64,000 nt of DNA from Candidatus Latescibacterota bacterium (GCA_965217865.1 CBDCJO010000002.1:2208001-2272000), one strand, 5' to 3'. Shown: positions 1 through 10,874, counted from the first letter of the stretch. Notes: generated from the letters alone by a model not told the origin. A program made the numbers and translations.

Positions 1-804
1 CGAATAATCCAGCTTCTCCTGGGCGATTGGATCCGCCGGATCCCCATCGTAAACCGAGTCCACGATGTCTGTCCCCTCTGCAGCAAGAGCGATATCGAAA
101 GTGTCCGTGGCGGAACACATCGCGAACATGAAACCCCCTTTGAGCATATACTCCTTGATCGCCCGTGCCACGGCCCCTTTTTTCTCTGACACCTTCCGGA
201 ATCCCATTTTTCGCGCGGATGATTTGTACTGTGCTTGCTGTTGACGATACCAGAGTTTATGCCGGAAGCTTGCGTAGAACTTTCCATATTGACCGGTAAA
301 GTCTTCGTGGTGGAGATGAATCCAGTCGTAGTCCGATAGTTTACCCTCCATGACATCCTCGTCCCATATCGTGTCGTATTGGATCTCCGAATAGGTCATC
401 GCCAGGGTCACCGCGTCGTCCCACGGTTGCTTGTTGGTGGGGGTATACACCGCAATCTTCGGGGCCTTCTCCAGCTTTATCGTATCCATGTTCTCCTCGG
501 CCATCTCAGAGGCGATCCGAGCCGCCTCGGATTCCGGGATGCGGACTGCAGCGACCCCGCGCAAACGGGCCTCTTTGGCGATGGCCTCGATGTGATCCAG
601 CATAAACGACCCGCCGCGGTAGTTCAGGAGCCAGTCGACATCGATTCCATTTTTCAAGGCCAGATACGCAATCCCATATGCCTTGAGATGGTCGGTCTGC
701 TCCAAATCCATGTAGATGAGAAGCTTTTCTGCGGATGCCTCCCCACCTCCGGACAGGGTCAGGATCGGGATCACGAACCATAACATGCATCGTTTACAAA
801 GCAT
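1..804 (-). CDS. Conserved secreted FCB-type hypothetical protein (family often auto-labelled 'asparagine synthetase B'); runs off the left edge of the window
   Basis: Absent from the ORF track; translated by hand from ATG 804: MLCKRCMLWFVIPILTLSGGGEASAEKLLIYMDLEQTDHLKAYGIAY...VDWLLNYRGGSF...PWDDAVTLAMTYSEIQY...DWIHLHHEDFTGQYGKFY...GGFMFAMCSATDTFDIALAA. Signal peptide-like N-terminus. Confidence 0.8.
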   Translation of the reverse strand, partial: MLCKRCMLWFVIPILTLSGGGEASAEKLLIYMDLEQTDHLKAYGIAYLALKNGIDVDWLLNYRGGSFMLDHIEAIAKEARLRGVAAVRIPESEAARIASEMAEENMDTIKLEKAPKIAVYTPTNKQPWDDAVTLAMTYSEIQYDTIWDEDVMEGKLSDYDWIHLHHEDFTGQYGKFYASFRHKLWYRQQQAQYKSSARKMGFRKVSEKKGAVARAIKEYMLKGGFMFAMCSATDTFDIALAAEGTDIVDSVYDGDPADPIAQEKLDYS

Positions 805-838
805 AAAACTTCCCCGAGCATTCTTTTTCTGTGTGCGC

Positions 839-2641
839 CTAACCCCGGATTCTCTCCTCTAGCCTCCTGAGCCGGCCCCTCGCCTCCTCGTACAGAGGGC
901 TGTCCGCGTATTCGGACAGGATCACCTCGTATTCCCTGGCAGCATCACCAAATCGCCCCAGATGCTCCTCGAACAGAACAGCGACTTCCATCCGGGCTTC
1001 CGGAACAAGGAAGCTCTTCCCATACTCCTTAATGACCTTCAGATAAACACCTGAAGCTTTCGAATATCGACCTTGCTCCGCTTCGAGCCTGGCAATCGAC
1101 ATCAGGGCGCGCTCCGCGAGCCCCCCCCGCGGCCGTTCCGTCACAAATGTTTCGAACGCCCGAATCGCCTCTTCAACCCCGCGACACCGAAGGAGATCCG
1201 CTTCCGTGTAGGCCAACAAATAAGCCTCTGACACACCCAAGCCCTTCGCGATCAGACTGGAAAGAGCCAACGCGTCGTTGACCACAAATCCGGTCGCTGG
1301 ACCTTCGATCAGGTCCTCAAGGGATTTCTGAGCCGCTTCAAACCGACCTGAAAAATGTTCCAGTTCAGCAAGTTTGAATGCCGCCGTCGCCGCCATCTCC
1401 GATCCCGGGACCATTCGGACGACCGCCCGATAGTTTTGTCCGGCACCCTCCATATCCCCCTGGCTTAAAAGGCAGGCCCCGATGCCCATGATCGCCTGGC
1501 GCTGCCACGGTCCGCCGAACCGAATTTTCAATAACATCCGGTAGGCCTCTAAGGCTCCCTCGGGATCTCGATTGACAACCCTGCGGATCTCTCCGATCCG
1601 AAAAGCGGACTCCTGAGCCTCCACCCCCCCCGGGTAACTCCGCCCGATCTCCTTGTACAACCCGATCGCCCGATCTGTTTGGCCCATGGCCTCCTCCGCA
1701 CGGGCTTCTCCCATACGGGCTTTCGCGAGGGAAGACGACGACGAGAAACGCTCGCTCAGAGTTCGATAAGCGGACAAGGCAACCCCGTGGGCCCCCCGCT
1801 CCGCGCACTGGGTGGCGATCTTGTGAAAGATCGTCTCCATCGCCGGGTCCCGCCTGTCCATCTCGACGAATAACGACACGGCTTCACCCGGCCTTGAGAC
1901 ACTCAGGCTATAATCCGTAAGGAGACGTGCCCTCAAAGGGTCATCAGGCTCGGACCTCACCGAATCGACCAGGACGTGAAGAACCGTCTCTAGGGCCTTA
2001 TCATCCTTACCGAGCGCTACGAACCGCGACGCGACCGATTGGTACTTTCGGGGATTGTGATTCAGAACATTGAGGTACTCGGCCACCGCCTCTCTGTAAT
2101 GCCGCTGATCTTCGTACAGACCTGCCAGTTCCATGGCGAATGCTCCGGGCTCTCCTACGGCACGACGACCCCGAAGGTAGGTCTGTCTGGCCCTTTCGGG
2201 CATCCCCTGAGTCCGAAATCGAGATCCCACCAGGGCGAAGTCGCCCATCTGTTTTGACGCGTGTATCAGGACCTCCCAGATCTCCGCGGCTTCCTGGGGA
2301 CGACCCATGGCAGCATATATATCCCCCATGTAAAGCCTTGACCGCCGGTCAGAGGGAAAACGATCCAATCGATTCTTCAGCAGCTGGATCGCCTCGACTT
2401 TCCTCCCGGCCTTGACAAGGGCCGCCTGCAGACGATAAAGAAGGTCCGACCGGTCCGGATACCGAAGGACCAGCTGGCGGTAAACATCGACCGCCTCTCC
2501 CAGCTTCCCGGAATTCTCGAGGGCACTCCCTCTGATAAGGGCTTCCTGAAGACCGGGTTGGGAGAATGCAGGACCTCCCTGGAGAAGTGTAAAAACCGCG
2601 ACCCACGCGGGAAGCCTTCGCAGACCCATTCCATTTCCCAT
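839..2641 (-). CDS. Secreted tetratricopeptide repeat protein
   Basis: 600 aa with a signal peptide and many TPR-like helices (A..Y..L...YP.S....EA..R.G pattern). Confidence 0.85.
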   Translation of the reverse strand: MGNGMGLRRLPAWVAVFTLLQGGPAFSQPGLQEALIRGSALENSGKLGEAVDVYRQLVLRYPDRSDLLYRLQAALVKAGRKVEAIQLLKNRLDRFPSDRRSRLYMGDIYAAMGRPQEAAEIWEVLIHASKQMGDFALVGSRFRTQGMPERARQTYLRGRRAVGEPGAFAMELAGLYEDQRHYREAVAEYLNVLNHNPRKYQSVASRFVALGKDDKALETVLHVLVDSVRSEPDDPLRARLLTDYSLSVSRPGEAVSLFVEMDRRDPAMETIFHKIATQCAERGAHGVALSAYRTLSERFSSSSSLAKARMGEARAEEAMGQTDRAIGLYKEIGRSYPGGVEAQESAFRIGEIRRVVNRDPEGALEAYRMLLKIRFGGPWQRQAIMGIGACLLSQGDMEGAGQNYRAVVRMVPGSEMAATAAFKLAELEHFSGRFEAAQKSLEDLIEGPATGFVVNDALALSSLIAKGLGVSEAYLLAYTEADLLRCRGVEEAIRAFETFVTERPRGGLAERALMSIARLEAEQGRYSKASGVYLKVIKEYGKSFLVPEARMEVAVLFEEHLGRFGDAAREYEVILSEYADSPLYEEARGRLRRLEERIRG

Positions 2642-2680
2642 CGATACTCTCCGGTTAATGCATGAAATCCGTTCCTATCT

Positions 2681-5600
2681 TTATTTATCCACCTGATTTT
2701 CCTGATCCCTGGCAAGCGCCTCGAAATAAGACCGGATTAATCGCCGATATTCTCCTGGATATCCCTCCTTCAACGCGCGAAGCATCGCTTCCCGCAACGG
2801 GGCGCTCCGTTGGCCCAGGCCTTCCGGGAGGGATGAAGGTCCCGTGTATCGATAGTCCCTCCCGACTTCCGAGAAGTGTTCCTCGCTGAACCCACGCTGC
2901 CGAATCGATCGCGTGGCGTCCAGCATCCGGCTCAGGATCCGTTCCTGGCGTTCCAGGGTCCTCCGGGTCACACGAGTTTGCATGTCTTGAAGGACCCGGT
3001 CCATCTCATCACCTATCCTGTCGAGGCTGCCGAGCATTCCCCTCCGCCCTTCTTGGGATTGGAGCTGTTCGAGTGCTTGTCGAATGACCTCCTGTTCCGC
3101 GGCCAACTGCGCGAGGGCTCCCCTGGGGTCAACCTGCACCCCCTGCCCCCCTGCCCCCAGCATCTGACGGGTCCCCTCGTTCACGCCCGATTGTCGTTCC
3201 GCCAAAGACTGCATTTGCTGTATCATCTCTTCGAACCCCGTCGCGGATGCAGATGCGTCCAGATCCGCCAGCGCCTTCCTGAAGAGAATCGCGGCTTGAT
3301 TGAGCGAGCCCATCGCCTTTCTTCCATGAACCGACGCCCCCAGTCCATTCCTTTTCTCGAAAAACGAAACCGCCTCTTTCATCCTGCCGATCGATGCGCC
3401 GAGAGCCTGGCGCAGTTCGCTTTTGACGAAAAACTTCCTCTTCCCGACTTCCATCACCCGGTCCGTAAGGCGGGTGGTTCCCGACAGGAGGTTGCCCTGG
3501 GTTTGGACCATTCGGTCATAGCGCATCGTTCCACCTTTCAGTTCCCCTACCGCCTTACTCACCTCCTCCTGTCTCACCGAAAGGGATATCGTTTCGTGGA
3601 GAGCCCGCTCCAACGCCGCCGCAATGGTTGCCTTCGACCGGTCGAGAAACGAACGTCTTGCCCGTTGCAAGGCGTTCTTAATCTCCTTCAAGGATTTCAA
3701 CAGACTCGCTCCCTCCGCTTCCAATCCCTCCGGCCCCTCGGATAGGAGACTCCGAGTCATGACCTCCATCCGTTCAGGCAACCGTTCCGCATCCACATCG
3801 GCCGCAAGAAGTTCAAGCGAATCGGCAGTGGCCGGATGCTCCGCCAGGATCTCCTGTCCCAACGACCTCATCGCATCCCGGACCCCTTCTGTCTCCTTTT
3901 TGACCCCGGATTCCCGGTTTGCCAGGTCCGGTGACCGCTGCCCTGATTCAAGTCCCTGGTTGACCCCCTCCTGTGCACGCACCAGTTCCTCCGCCCTTTT
4001 GACAAGAACGTCAAAGGCCTGCTCCTGCCGTACGCGCTTCAACATCGCGATCGTTCGGTCGAGTCGCTTCTGAAACTCATCCTGATTCTGAACAATCGAA
4101 GTGAGGGCCTCCTGTAACATCTCCGTGTCCGCCGATTGTGCAGCCTCTTGCAATTTTCTCATCGCCTTTTTGAGTTCGGGGGTGACAATCTCCGCGGTCA
4201 ACTTCTGGATCTCCTCGAGCTTCCTCAACGTCTCCATATCGATCAGGCCGTGGCGGTCCAATCTTTTCATGATCTCCCCGACCTTCTCCGATATACCTTT
4301 GAGGCGCTCACCCATTTCGACCTGTTTCGAGATGGCCGTTTCAACCTCTTTCTTCATTTCCCACGGCATTTCCCCTTTTTCTCCACCCGCCCCCTTTATC
4401 AGGCTTCGCCGGGTTTCCGCAAGTCGTTCCCGGACCCGCTTTCCCAATTCGGCGACCTCCTCCATGGCCGCGATTCCTGCCTCCTGAGACAATTCGGCCT
4501 GCTGTGCGATGTCTGCCAAAGAGGGGAGTTTTGCGACGAACCTCTCGGTCTCCCCCGGTTTCGGGCCTTCCACCCGATCGTTGTCATGGATTCGAACCCG
4601 ATAGATGACCCGGTCGTCCGGCAGAAGGTTCATCTCATTCAGGTCCCACAGGTGGAAGACGGACAATTCTCCCCCCGAGCCCACGGGAAGGGGTAATACG
4701 GTTTCGGAGTGCTCATCGTTCATCGAATACAAAAGTTCCATCCTTGAAAATCCGAAGTCGTCACGTGCCTCGATCCGAAGCGGAAGGACCATCTCCTCTC
4801 CGACTTCGACATCGTGCCCGGGAGAGGTGATCCGCACCGAAGGTCGTTCGTCCGGGATCGCAATCACCCTGTGCCCCATCTGGTCCACACTACTCAGGCC
4901 GACGGTATCCAACAACTGGACCGTATAATGGGTGTCTTCCGTAACGGTTAGATTCAGACGGGCGGACCGCCCCGTTGAATTCCGATTATCCACCTCTGCT
5001 TCCAATCTCCTCCCATCGTCGAAGGCGACAAGCGCCGACCTGAGCCTTTTATTGGCGAGAATCTCCATCTCCACCCGGGTCCCTTTCACCGCGACGATAT
5101 CTGTCCCATCCTCTTCCATCCGTTCGCCCAGGCCGGTATAACCCGGATAACGGTAGGTCATCTTCATCCGCAAAACCGTTGGCCGTTCCAGGGTCCGGAG
5201 TTGGAACTTCGGACTCTCTCCATCGTGCGCCCGAACCAGATAAACGAACGATCGTTTGACCTTTTGGAACCGATAGTCGACCTGTCCATCGCCAACGGGT
5301 AATCGAACCCCATCCCAGATCTCCGAGCCATCTTCGAGGAAAGAGATCTCGGCCGTGGAGGGGATGTGCCCGGTGATTTGTATATTCAGGTCGAAGTCTT
5401 CCCCTTGGATCACCGCGGCATCTCCGGGGCTGACGAAGATCGCCGTTGCCGCCGGCTTTTGGAAGGCCTCGGCCGCATCCCGCAACCTCCCTGCAGCCTC
5501 TTGGATCTCATCCGACACAAACAGGATAGACAACGCGACGCAGGTGCCCGCGAGCCATCGAACCGCGCGCCGAGGGGGCCCCGGATCAAGGATGGCTTCG

Positions 5601-6028
5601 AAGTCCAGACCCGCGGACGCCTTACCGGCATGGTCGACCATAGCTTCGATTAGTTCCGGCGAGTAGCGCTCTGGCGTCGATCCCCGAACAGGCCATAGCT
5701 CAACCGTCCCGACGAGTCCCCCTTTCAAACCGGGATATCGAACTTCCACTTCCGAGGCCAAGTGTCCCAGATCGCCTTTGCGGATCAGGGGGCGGATGCA
5801 TCCAAAGGCCAATCCGGCCAGGGTCGCGCAGGATCCGATGCCCCAAAGGCTCAGCTTAACAATCGGGGGCAGGAAGAACCAGGCCTCCAGAATCAGGGCG
5901 AGAATTACAAAACCCACGCCCCAAGTCAGAGTGACCCCCGCACCGAAAAAGACCTTGGACCGGGCCTGCTTCTTCCGAAGGCTTTGAAGCCTGGAAGTCA
6001 GACGAGAATATGTATGAGTTGCGTCCAA
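2681..6028 (-). CDS. DUF4175-like membrane-anchored coiled-coil protein with Ig-like domains
   Basis: 1115 aa; three N-terminal TM segments, beta-rich middle (YRYPGYTG, IPDERPSVRITSP, ARDDFG), long Q/E-rich coiled coil, and the C-terminal RQERILSRMLDA...YPGEYRRLIRSYFEAL typical of this family. Confidence 0.75.
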   Translation of the reverse strand: MDATHTYSRLTSRLQSLRKKQARSKVFFGAGVTLTWGVGFVILALILEAWFFLPPIVKLSLWGIGSCATLAGLAFGCIRPLIRKGDLGHLASEVEVRYPGLKGGLVGTVELWPVRGSTPERYSPELIEAMVDHAGKASAGLDFEAILDPGPPRRAVRWLAGTCVALSILFVSDEIQEAAGRLRDAAEAFQKPAATAIFVSPGDAAVIQGEDFDLNIQITGHIPSTAEISFLEDGSEIWDGVRLPVGDGQVDYRFQKVKRSFVYLVRAHDGESPKFQLRTLERPTVLRMKMTYRYPGYTGLGERMEEDGTDIVAVKGTRVEMEILANKRLRSALVAFDDGRRLEAEVDNRNSTGRSARLNLTVTEDTHYTVQLLDTVGLSSVDQMGHRVIAIPDERPSVRITSPGHDVEVGEEMVLPLRIEARDDFGFSRMELLYSMNDEHSETVLPLPVGSGGELSVFHLWDLNEMNLLPDDRVIYRVRIHDNDRVEGPKPGETERFVAKLPSLADIAQQAELSQEAGIAAMEEVAELGKRVRERLAETRRSLIKGAGGEKGEMPWEMKKEVETAISKQVEMGERLKGISEKVGEIMKRLDRHGLIDMETLRKLEEIQKLTAEIVTPELKKAMRKLQEAAQSADTEMLQEALTSIVQNQDEFQKRLDRTIAMLKRVRQEQAFDVLVKRAEELVRAQEGVNQGLESGQRSPDLANRESGVKKETEGVRDAMRSLGQEILAEHPATADSLELLAADVDAERLPERMEVMTRSLLSEGPEGLEAEGASLLKSLKEIKNALQRARRSFLDRSKATIAAALERALHETISLSVRQEEVSKAVGELKGGTMRYDRMVQTQGNLLSGTTRLTDRVMEVGKRKFFVKSELRQALGASIGRMKEAVSFFEKRNGLGASVHGRKAMGSLNQAAILFRKALADLDASASATGFEEMIQQMQSLAERQSGVNEGTRQMLGAGGQGVQVDPRGALAQLAAEQEVIRQALEQLQSQEGRRGMLGSLDRIGDEMDRVLQDMQTRVTRRTLERQERILSRMLDATRSIRQRGFSEEHFSEVGRDYRYTGPSSLPEGLGQRSAPLREAMLRALKEGYPGEYRRLIRSYFEALARDQENQVDK

Positions 6029-6074
6029 AGGAGACCGTGCCTCCGATACACAACGGGTTTCGTTTCACGATCCA

Positions 6075-6818
6075 TCAATGCGTCAGGGACCAGATGACGA
6101 TGTTCGCTCCCATTTTTAAAGCAGCAATTCGTTTCTCCGGGGGGTCTTTGTGGACATCGGGATCGTCCCATCCGTCCGCAATATCTGTGTTGGTGTTGTA
6201 GAAGATGACCAGTCGTTCTCCACTGAACAACCCGAATGCCCGGGGAGGGCCTCCGTCGTGCTCGTGGATTTTGGGCAACCCGTTCGGAAACTCGAAAGGT
6301 TGGTGAAAAATTCCGTGCGCTCGCGGAATTTGGATCAGGTCCTTATCGGGGAAGATCCGCTTCACCTCGCGTCGGAAGGCTTTGTCCATCCCATAGTCGT
6401 CGTTGACGAAGAGAAACCCCCCGTTTTCGAGATACGTACGCAACCTGGCCGTCTCCTCCTCGGCGAACCGGACGTTTCCGTGACCCGTCATATAGGTGAA
6501 CGGGTAAGAAAACAAATCCTCATCCATAACGCCGACTTTCACCTCTCTGCCGGCGGCCTGCACGCCTGTTTTCTCTCGAAGGAACCTGAGCAGATTGGCC
6601 GTTCCGGATGGCCCGTCGTACCAATCCCCACCACCGCCATACTTTAATCGGGCTATCGTAAACTCGGCTGTAGGCCCTTCTGATCTCGTCAAACCGGGAT
6701 GCCCGAAAAATCCGGCGGCCGCAATCACGAAAATCGCTCTGACCCATCCCGAAAAAAACCGAGCCCTAACCGAGCCCTTATTTCTCATTTTTGCGTCCAC
6801 CCGGAAATGGGGTTCCAT
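6075..6818 (-). CDS. DUF4159 domain protein
   Basis: IARLKYGGGGDWY, YPFTYMTGHG, YLENGGFLFVNDDYG, GLPKIHEHDG, DIADGWDDPDVH motifs; start codon uncertain. Confidence 0.85.
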   Translation of the reverse strand: MEPHFRVDAKMRNKGSVRARFFSGWVRAIFVIAAAGFFGHPGLTRSEGPTAEFTIARLKYGGGGDWYDGPSGTANLLRFLREKTGVQAAGREVKVGVMDEDLFSYPFTYMTGHGNVRFAEEETARLRTYLENGGFLFVNDDYGMDKAFRREVKRIFPDKDLIQIPRAHGIFHQPFEFPNGLPKIHEHDGGPPRAFGLFSGERLVIFYNTNTDIADGWDDPDVHKDPPEKRIAALKMGANIVIWSLTH

Positions 6819-6883
6819 CGTAAATTTTCTCCGTCACCCCCGACCCTCTCCGTACCTCCGAGTCCGGGTTCATCTTTCTCTTT

Positions 6884-8341
6884 TTACCGGGACTTGCCGA
6901 AAAATAGTTCGCGAAGTTTTCCGATCTCCTCCCGGTTGAACGCACCTAAACCCCACAGGACCGCCGGGTAGGCCGCCAGCATTGCGAAACGTCCTGTCAC
7001 CCCCGAAAGGGTAACGCCGAGTCCGCTCGAGAGACCCAGGACGGAAATACCAACACCGACCGATAGGATCTTGCCCACGCGGCCCCATTCGTATGCCACC
7101 GGGTAAAATCCCCGTTCCCATACCAGAAGCAGGGTGGCCATCGTGATATATGCTGAGAGGGTGGACCAGGCCGCACCTATCAGGCCCAGGGGGGGGATCA
7201 AACAGATGTTCAGGAGGATATTGACCGCCGCACCGGCCCCGACCACGGCCGGGAGGATTCGCGTCCGCTCTTCGGCGTAGACCCCTGCCATAAGGTTCAC
7301 ATATATCCCATAAACGAGATAGGACACCAGCAAGATCGGAACCAACCCCTTCCCCTTCAAGAAACCAGGACCGGCGATCCATCCGACGATCTCGTCCAGG
7401 AAAAGGGTCATGCTCACGCAGATCCCCATGCCTGCCAGAAGAAAGTAGGTCATCGTTCGGGCACAAATAGATCCCACGTCCTCTCGTTTTGAAATGGACA
7501 TAAAAAAGGGGAGCCAAGCGGACCGAAAGGCACTCGTGGCGAGGGCCATCACCATTCCGAACTTGTATAGAATGTTGTAGACACCGGCCTCCTCCAGGCC
7601 AAGGAACCGGCGTACGAAATACCGATCCGAAACGTCGATCACAAGAACGGCCAAAACCGATGGGATGAAAGGCAGTCCGAAGGACAACATTTGTCGGAGG
7701 GACACAATCGAGATCTTCGGCCTGAGATACCTGATGATAAAAGGCAGACAGCAGAGCAGGGCAAAAAACGAGGAGAGGATATTGCTTTCGAATACCCCGC
7801 CCAGACCCCGACCGGCAAAAACAATCAGATAGATGTTCAGGATGAGAGAAAGCGTGAACTGAGCGAGTTTGATCCCGGCGTATACCGTGGGTTTTTCGAG
7901 GGCGCGCAACGCATTCAGAGGAACCCCGGACAAGGAATCCAACAACAGGATGACGGCCGCCATCCGGACGAAACGACCTTTGTCTCCGAGGTCGAAAAGA
8001 AACTCCGAAATTCGGTCAGCACCCGACCACATCACCGCCGAAAGGAGAATCGACACCGCCCCGATCGCGATCAGGGCCGAACTGAATGTCCTGCTGCGCT
8101 CCCCAGAACTTCCCGCCCCGCCGAAGTAGCGCAGAATCGCCTGGTTGAAACCGAGGGTGTAGATGATGCCGGAGAACGCAATGAAGGCGAATGCCACTCC
8201 CATCATCCCGTTTTCGGCCTCCGACAACCGACGGGCATAAAGCGGGACGAGGATAAAACTGACCGCCCGGCCCAGCAGGTCGCTAACGCCATAAACGGCC
8301 GTATGACCTGCCAGGCGTTTGAGATGGTCGAACATTGCCAC
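6884..8341 (-). CDS. Oligosaccharide flippase / polysaccharide biosynthesis (Wzx/MOP family) protein
   Basis: 485 aa with about 12-14 TM segments; LKRLAGHTAVYG, LVPLYARRLS, DVSDRYFV, NILLNICLIPPLGLIGAAWST. Confidence 0.8.
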   Translation of the reverse strand: MAMFDHLKRLAGHTAVYGVSDLLGRAVSFILVPLYARRLSEAENGMMGVAFAFIAFSGIIYTLGFNQAILRYFGGAGSSGERSRTFSSALIAIGAVSILLSAVMWSGADRISEFLFDLGDKGRFVRMAAVILLLDSLSGVPLNALRALEKPTVYAGIKLAQFTLSLILNIYLIVFAGRGLGGVFESNILSSFFALLCCLPFIIRYLRPKISIVSLRQMLSFGLPFIPSVLAVLVIDVSDRYFVRRFLGLEEAGVYNILYKFGMVMALATSAFRSAWLPFFMSISKREDVGSICARTMTYFLLAGMGICVSMTLFLDEIVGWIAGPGFLKGKGLVPILLVSYLVYGIYVNLMAGVYAEERTRILPAVVGAGAAVNILLNICLIPPLGLIGAAWSTLSAYITMATLLLVWERGFYPVAYEWGRVGKILSVGVGISVLGLSSGLGVTLSGVTGRFAMLAAYPAVLWGLGAFNREEIGKLRELFFGKSR

Positions 8342-8377
8342 AATCGGTTTTCCGGTTTCGCGGGAATTCGACCCGAT

Positions 8378-10837
8378 TTACAACATAGACACAGGGTCCA
8401 CATCCACGTTCATCCGCACCCCCGACCTCTGTCTTACCCCGAACCGGTCGATCGCCTGACGCGCCACCTGGCGAAGGGAGGAGGACGAGGTGCCCTTCAG
8501 GACGACCTGCCAGCGATACGCCCCTTTCAAGCGGGAAAGCGGCGCGGCAGCGGGTCCAAGGATCTCCACTCCCGAACCGGAGGCACCTTCTCTAAGATAT
8601 CCCCCGAAGATCTCCGATTCGCCCATCACGGTCGACTCCTCAGAACCCCGGAAAAGAAAGGAGACAAGGCGACCGAACGGAGGATAGTTCAAAGCCCTCC
8701 GATTTTCCAGTTCTTTCTCGAAGAACGCGTCAAAATCCTGAGCGCACGCGTTGCGAACGGATTCGGCCTCGGGCTGGTAGGTCTGAACCACGACTTCGCC
8801 CTTCCGCTCCCCTCGGCCCGAGCGGCCTGCGACTTGGGTCAGGAGTTGAAACGTGCGTTCCGGAGCGCGGAAGTCCGGCAGGTTGAGCGTGGTGTCCGCA
8901 GAGATCACCCCCACAAGCGTGACGCCTGGAAAATCGAAACCTTTTGCCACCATCTGGGTGCCCAAAAGGATGTCCGCTTTCCCCTTGCGGAAGGCATCCA
9001 GAAAACGGTCGTGAGAGCCCTTCCGCCGGGTCGTATCTACGTCGAACCGGAGAATCCGAACACCCGGGAACTGCGAGAGGAGGGCCTCCTCCACGCGTTG
9101 TGTCCCGACGCCCCCATAGTTTAAGCCCGGTCCTTTACAGGAGGGGCAGACCGATGGGGCGGGGTTCGAGAGGCCGCAGTAGTGACAGATCATCCGCCGT
9201 CCCGCGGCGTGAAAAGTCACGCTTACCGAACAATTTCGGCACCTAATAACCTCTCCGCAGTCGAAGCACTGTACATAGGGTGCGTATCCCCGGCGGTTCT
9301 GCAGGAGGATGATCCGCTCCTCGGACTTCAATCGGTCCTTGATCCGTTCCCGGAGTGGCTTTGAAAACAGCACACCCCGCCCTCCCTCCTTCCGCATATC
9401 GACAAGGATCACCTCCGCGAGGGGTCGGTTGTCGATGCGATGGCGCATCCGGAGACACCGGAACTTTCCCAGATTTCCGTTGAACGCGGATTCCAGGCTC
9501 GGTGTGGCAGAGCCCAACAGAGCCGTGGCCCCACTTCGCTTCGCCCGCATGACGGCCAGGTCGCGGGCGTTATATCTGGGATCCCTCTCATGTTCTTTGT
9601 AAGACCCGTCGTGCTCTTCATCCAGGATGATCAGGCCGAGCTCCCGAACCGGGGCAAATATCGCTGACCGAGTCCCGATGACAACCTTTTTTTTTCCGTT
9701 CAACACCCCCTTCCACGCATCGTAGCGCTCTCCCTCGGACAGGGCGCTGTGAAGCACGGCAACCGTCTCCCCAAACGCCCCCCGAAACGGACGAACCGTT
9801 TGAGCAGTCAGGCCGATTTCGGGGACCAGCAGGATGGCGCCGCGGCCCAGGGAAAGGGTGTGTTGGATTGCCCGGAGGTAGACAAAGGACTTCCCGCTTC
9901 CTGTCACCCCATTGAGGAGCACCGCCCGAAACGAATTCGATGAGATGGCCTTTTCGAGCTCCCGTATCGCCTCCGCCTGCTCTGGGGTTGGAGGCCATTC
10001 CTCTGGAGCGTTAAACCCCTTGCCCGCATAGGGGTCTCTGGCAACCTCCTCGGAAATAATCTTCACGAATCGGCGATTGGCAAGCGCTCTTACCAACCCC
10101 GCGTCAAAACCCTCCTGAGCCAGCGCTACTGTGGAGGCCCTCCCCCCGCGGGAAGCCAAAGACCGGAGACAGTCCGCCTGGCGTGGAGCAGACCTTCCCA
10201 AAGACTCGGACTCGACCTCCACCCAACGCCGGTCTCTCGGGACCAGGTAGACGAACCTTTCCCGTTTCTCCCTGACCCGGGGCCCCTGCACGACCGAACG
10301 GACCTCTACGATTCCCCTTCGGGTCATCGAGGCGACGGCGCGGCGGGAGGAAGCGGACCCAAACCGACGCCTAATCGTTGCCACTGTGATCTCGCGCCGC
10401 TTTTGCAGGAGCTCGAATATCTCACGCTCGATATCTGTGCGGAATTTCAGATCTTCCGGGGTCGCCCTCTCATAAGGTGAAACCAGTAGGAGTTTTAGGC
10501 TGCTTTGGAACCCGATGCCGGCGGGAAGTGCCGTCTTGAGCACCTCTCCCCACCCACAAAGGTAGTAGTCGGCAACCCACCTGCAAAATTCCAGCATCCC
10601 ACGATCAAAAACCGGACCCTGGTCCGGGGCATCGAGTATGTCCTTGATTTCGACTCCGGGACCGCACATTTCCGAAAAACCGACCACAACCCCTGTGATC
10701 TTGCGTTTGCCGAATGGGACGACCACACGGACGCCCTTCCGGACGCGTCCTGAAAGGCCATCTGGAACCCTGTAAACATAGATCGAGGAACGGGGAATCG
10801 GGAGGACGACTTCAGCGAGAGAAGACCCCATTGACAT
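8378..10837 (-). CDS. priA: Primosomal protein N' (replication restart helicase)
   Basis: GVTGSGKS, LVPEIGLT, DEEHDGSYKE, GSATPSLES, NRRGYA, four CxxC zinc pairs, GTQMVAKGFDFP, QVAGRSGR, DVDP. Start trimmed to ATG 10837. Confidence 0.96.
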   Translation of the reverse strand: MSMGSSLAEVVLPIPRSSIYVYRVPDGLSGRVRKGVRVVVPFGKRKITGVVVGFSEMCGPGVEIKDILDAPDQGPVFDRGMLEFCRWVADYYLCGWGEVLKTALPAGIGFQSSLKLLLVSPYERATPEDLKFRTDIEREIFELLQKRREITVATIRRRFGSASSRRAVASMTRRGIVEVRSVVQGPRVREKRERFVYLVPRDRRWVEVESESLGRSAPRQADCLRSLASRGGRASTVALAQEGFDAGLVRALANRRFVKIISEEVARDPYAGKGFNAPEEWPPTPEQAEAIRELEKAISSNSFRAVLLNGVTGSGKSFVYLRAIQHTLSLGRGAILLVPEIGLTAQTVRPFRGAFGETVAVLHSALSEGERYDAWKGVLNGKKKVVIGTRSAIFAPVRELGLIILDEEHDGSYKEHERDPRYNARDLAVMRAKRSGATALLGSATPSLESAFNGNLGKFRCLRMRHRIDNRPLAEVILVDMRKEGGRGVLFSKPLRERIKDRLKSEERIILLQNRRGYAPYVQCFDCGEVIRCRNCSVSVTFHAAGRRMICHYCGLSNPAPSVCPSCKGPGLNYGGVGTQRVEEALLSQFPGVRILRFDVDTTRRKGSHDRFLDAFRKGKADILLGTQMVAKGFDFPGVTLVGVISADTTLNLPDFRAPERTFQLLTQVAGRSGRGERKGEVVVQTYQPEAESVRNACAQDFDAFFEKELENRRALNYPPFGRLVSFLFRGSEESTVMGESEIFGGYLREGASGSGVEILGPAAAPLSRLKGAYRWQVVLKGTSSSSLRQVARQAIDRFGVRQRSGVRMNVDVDPVSML

Positions 10838-10874
10838 CCGACCTGAAAAAAAGGGGGGAAGGTTCGACTTGAGG

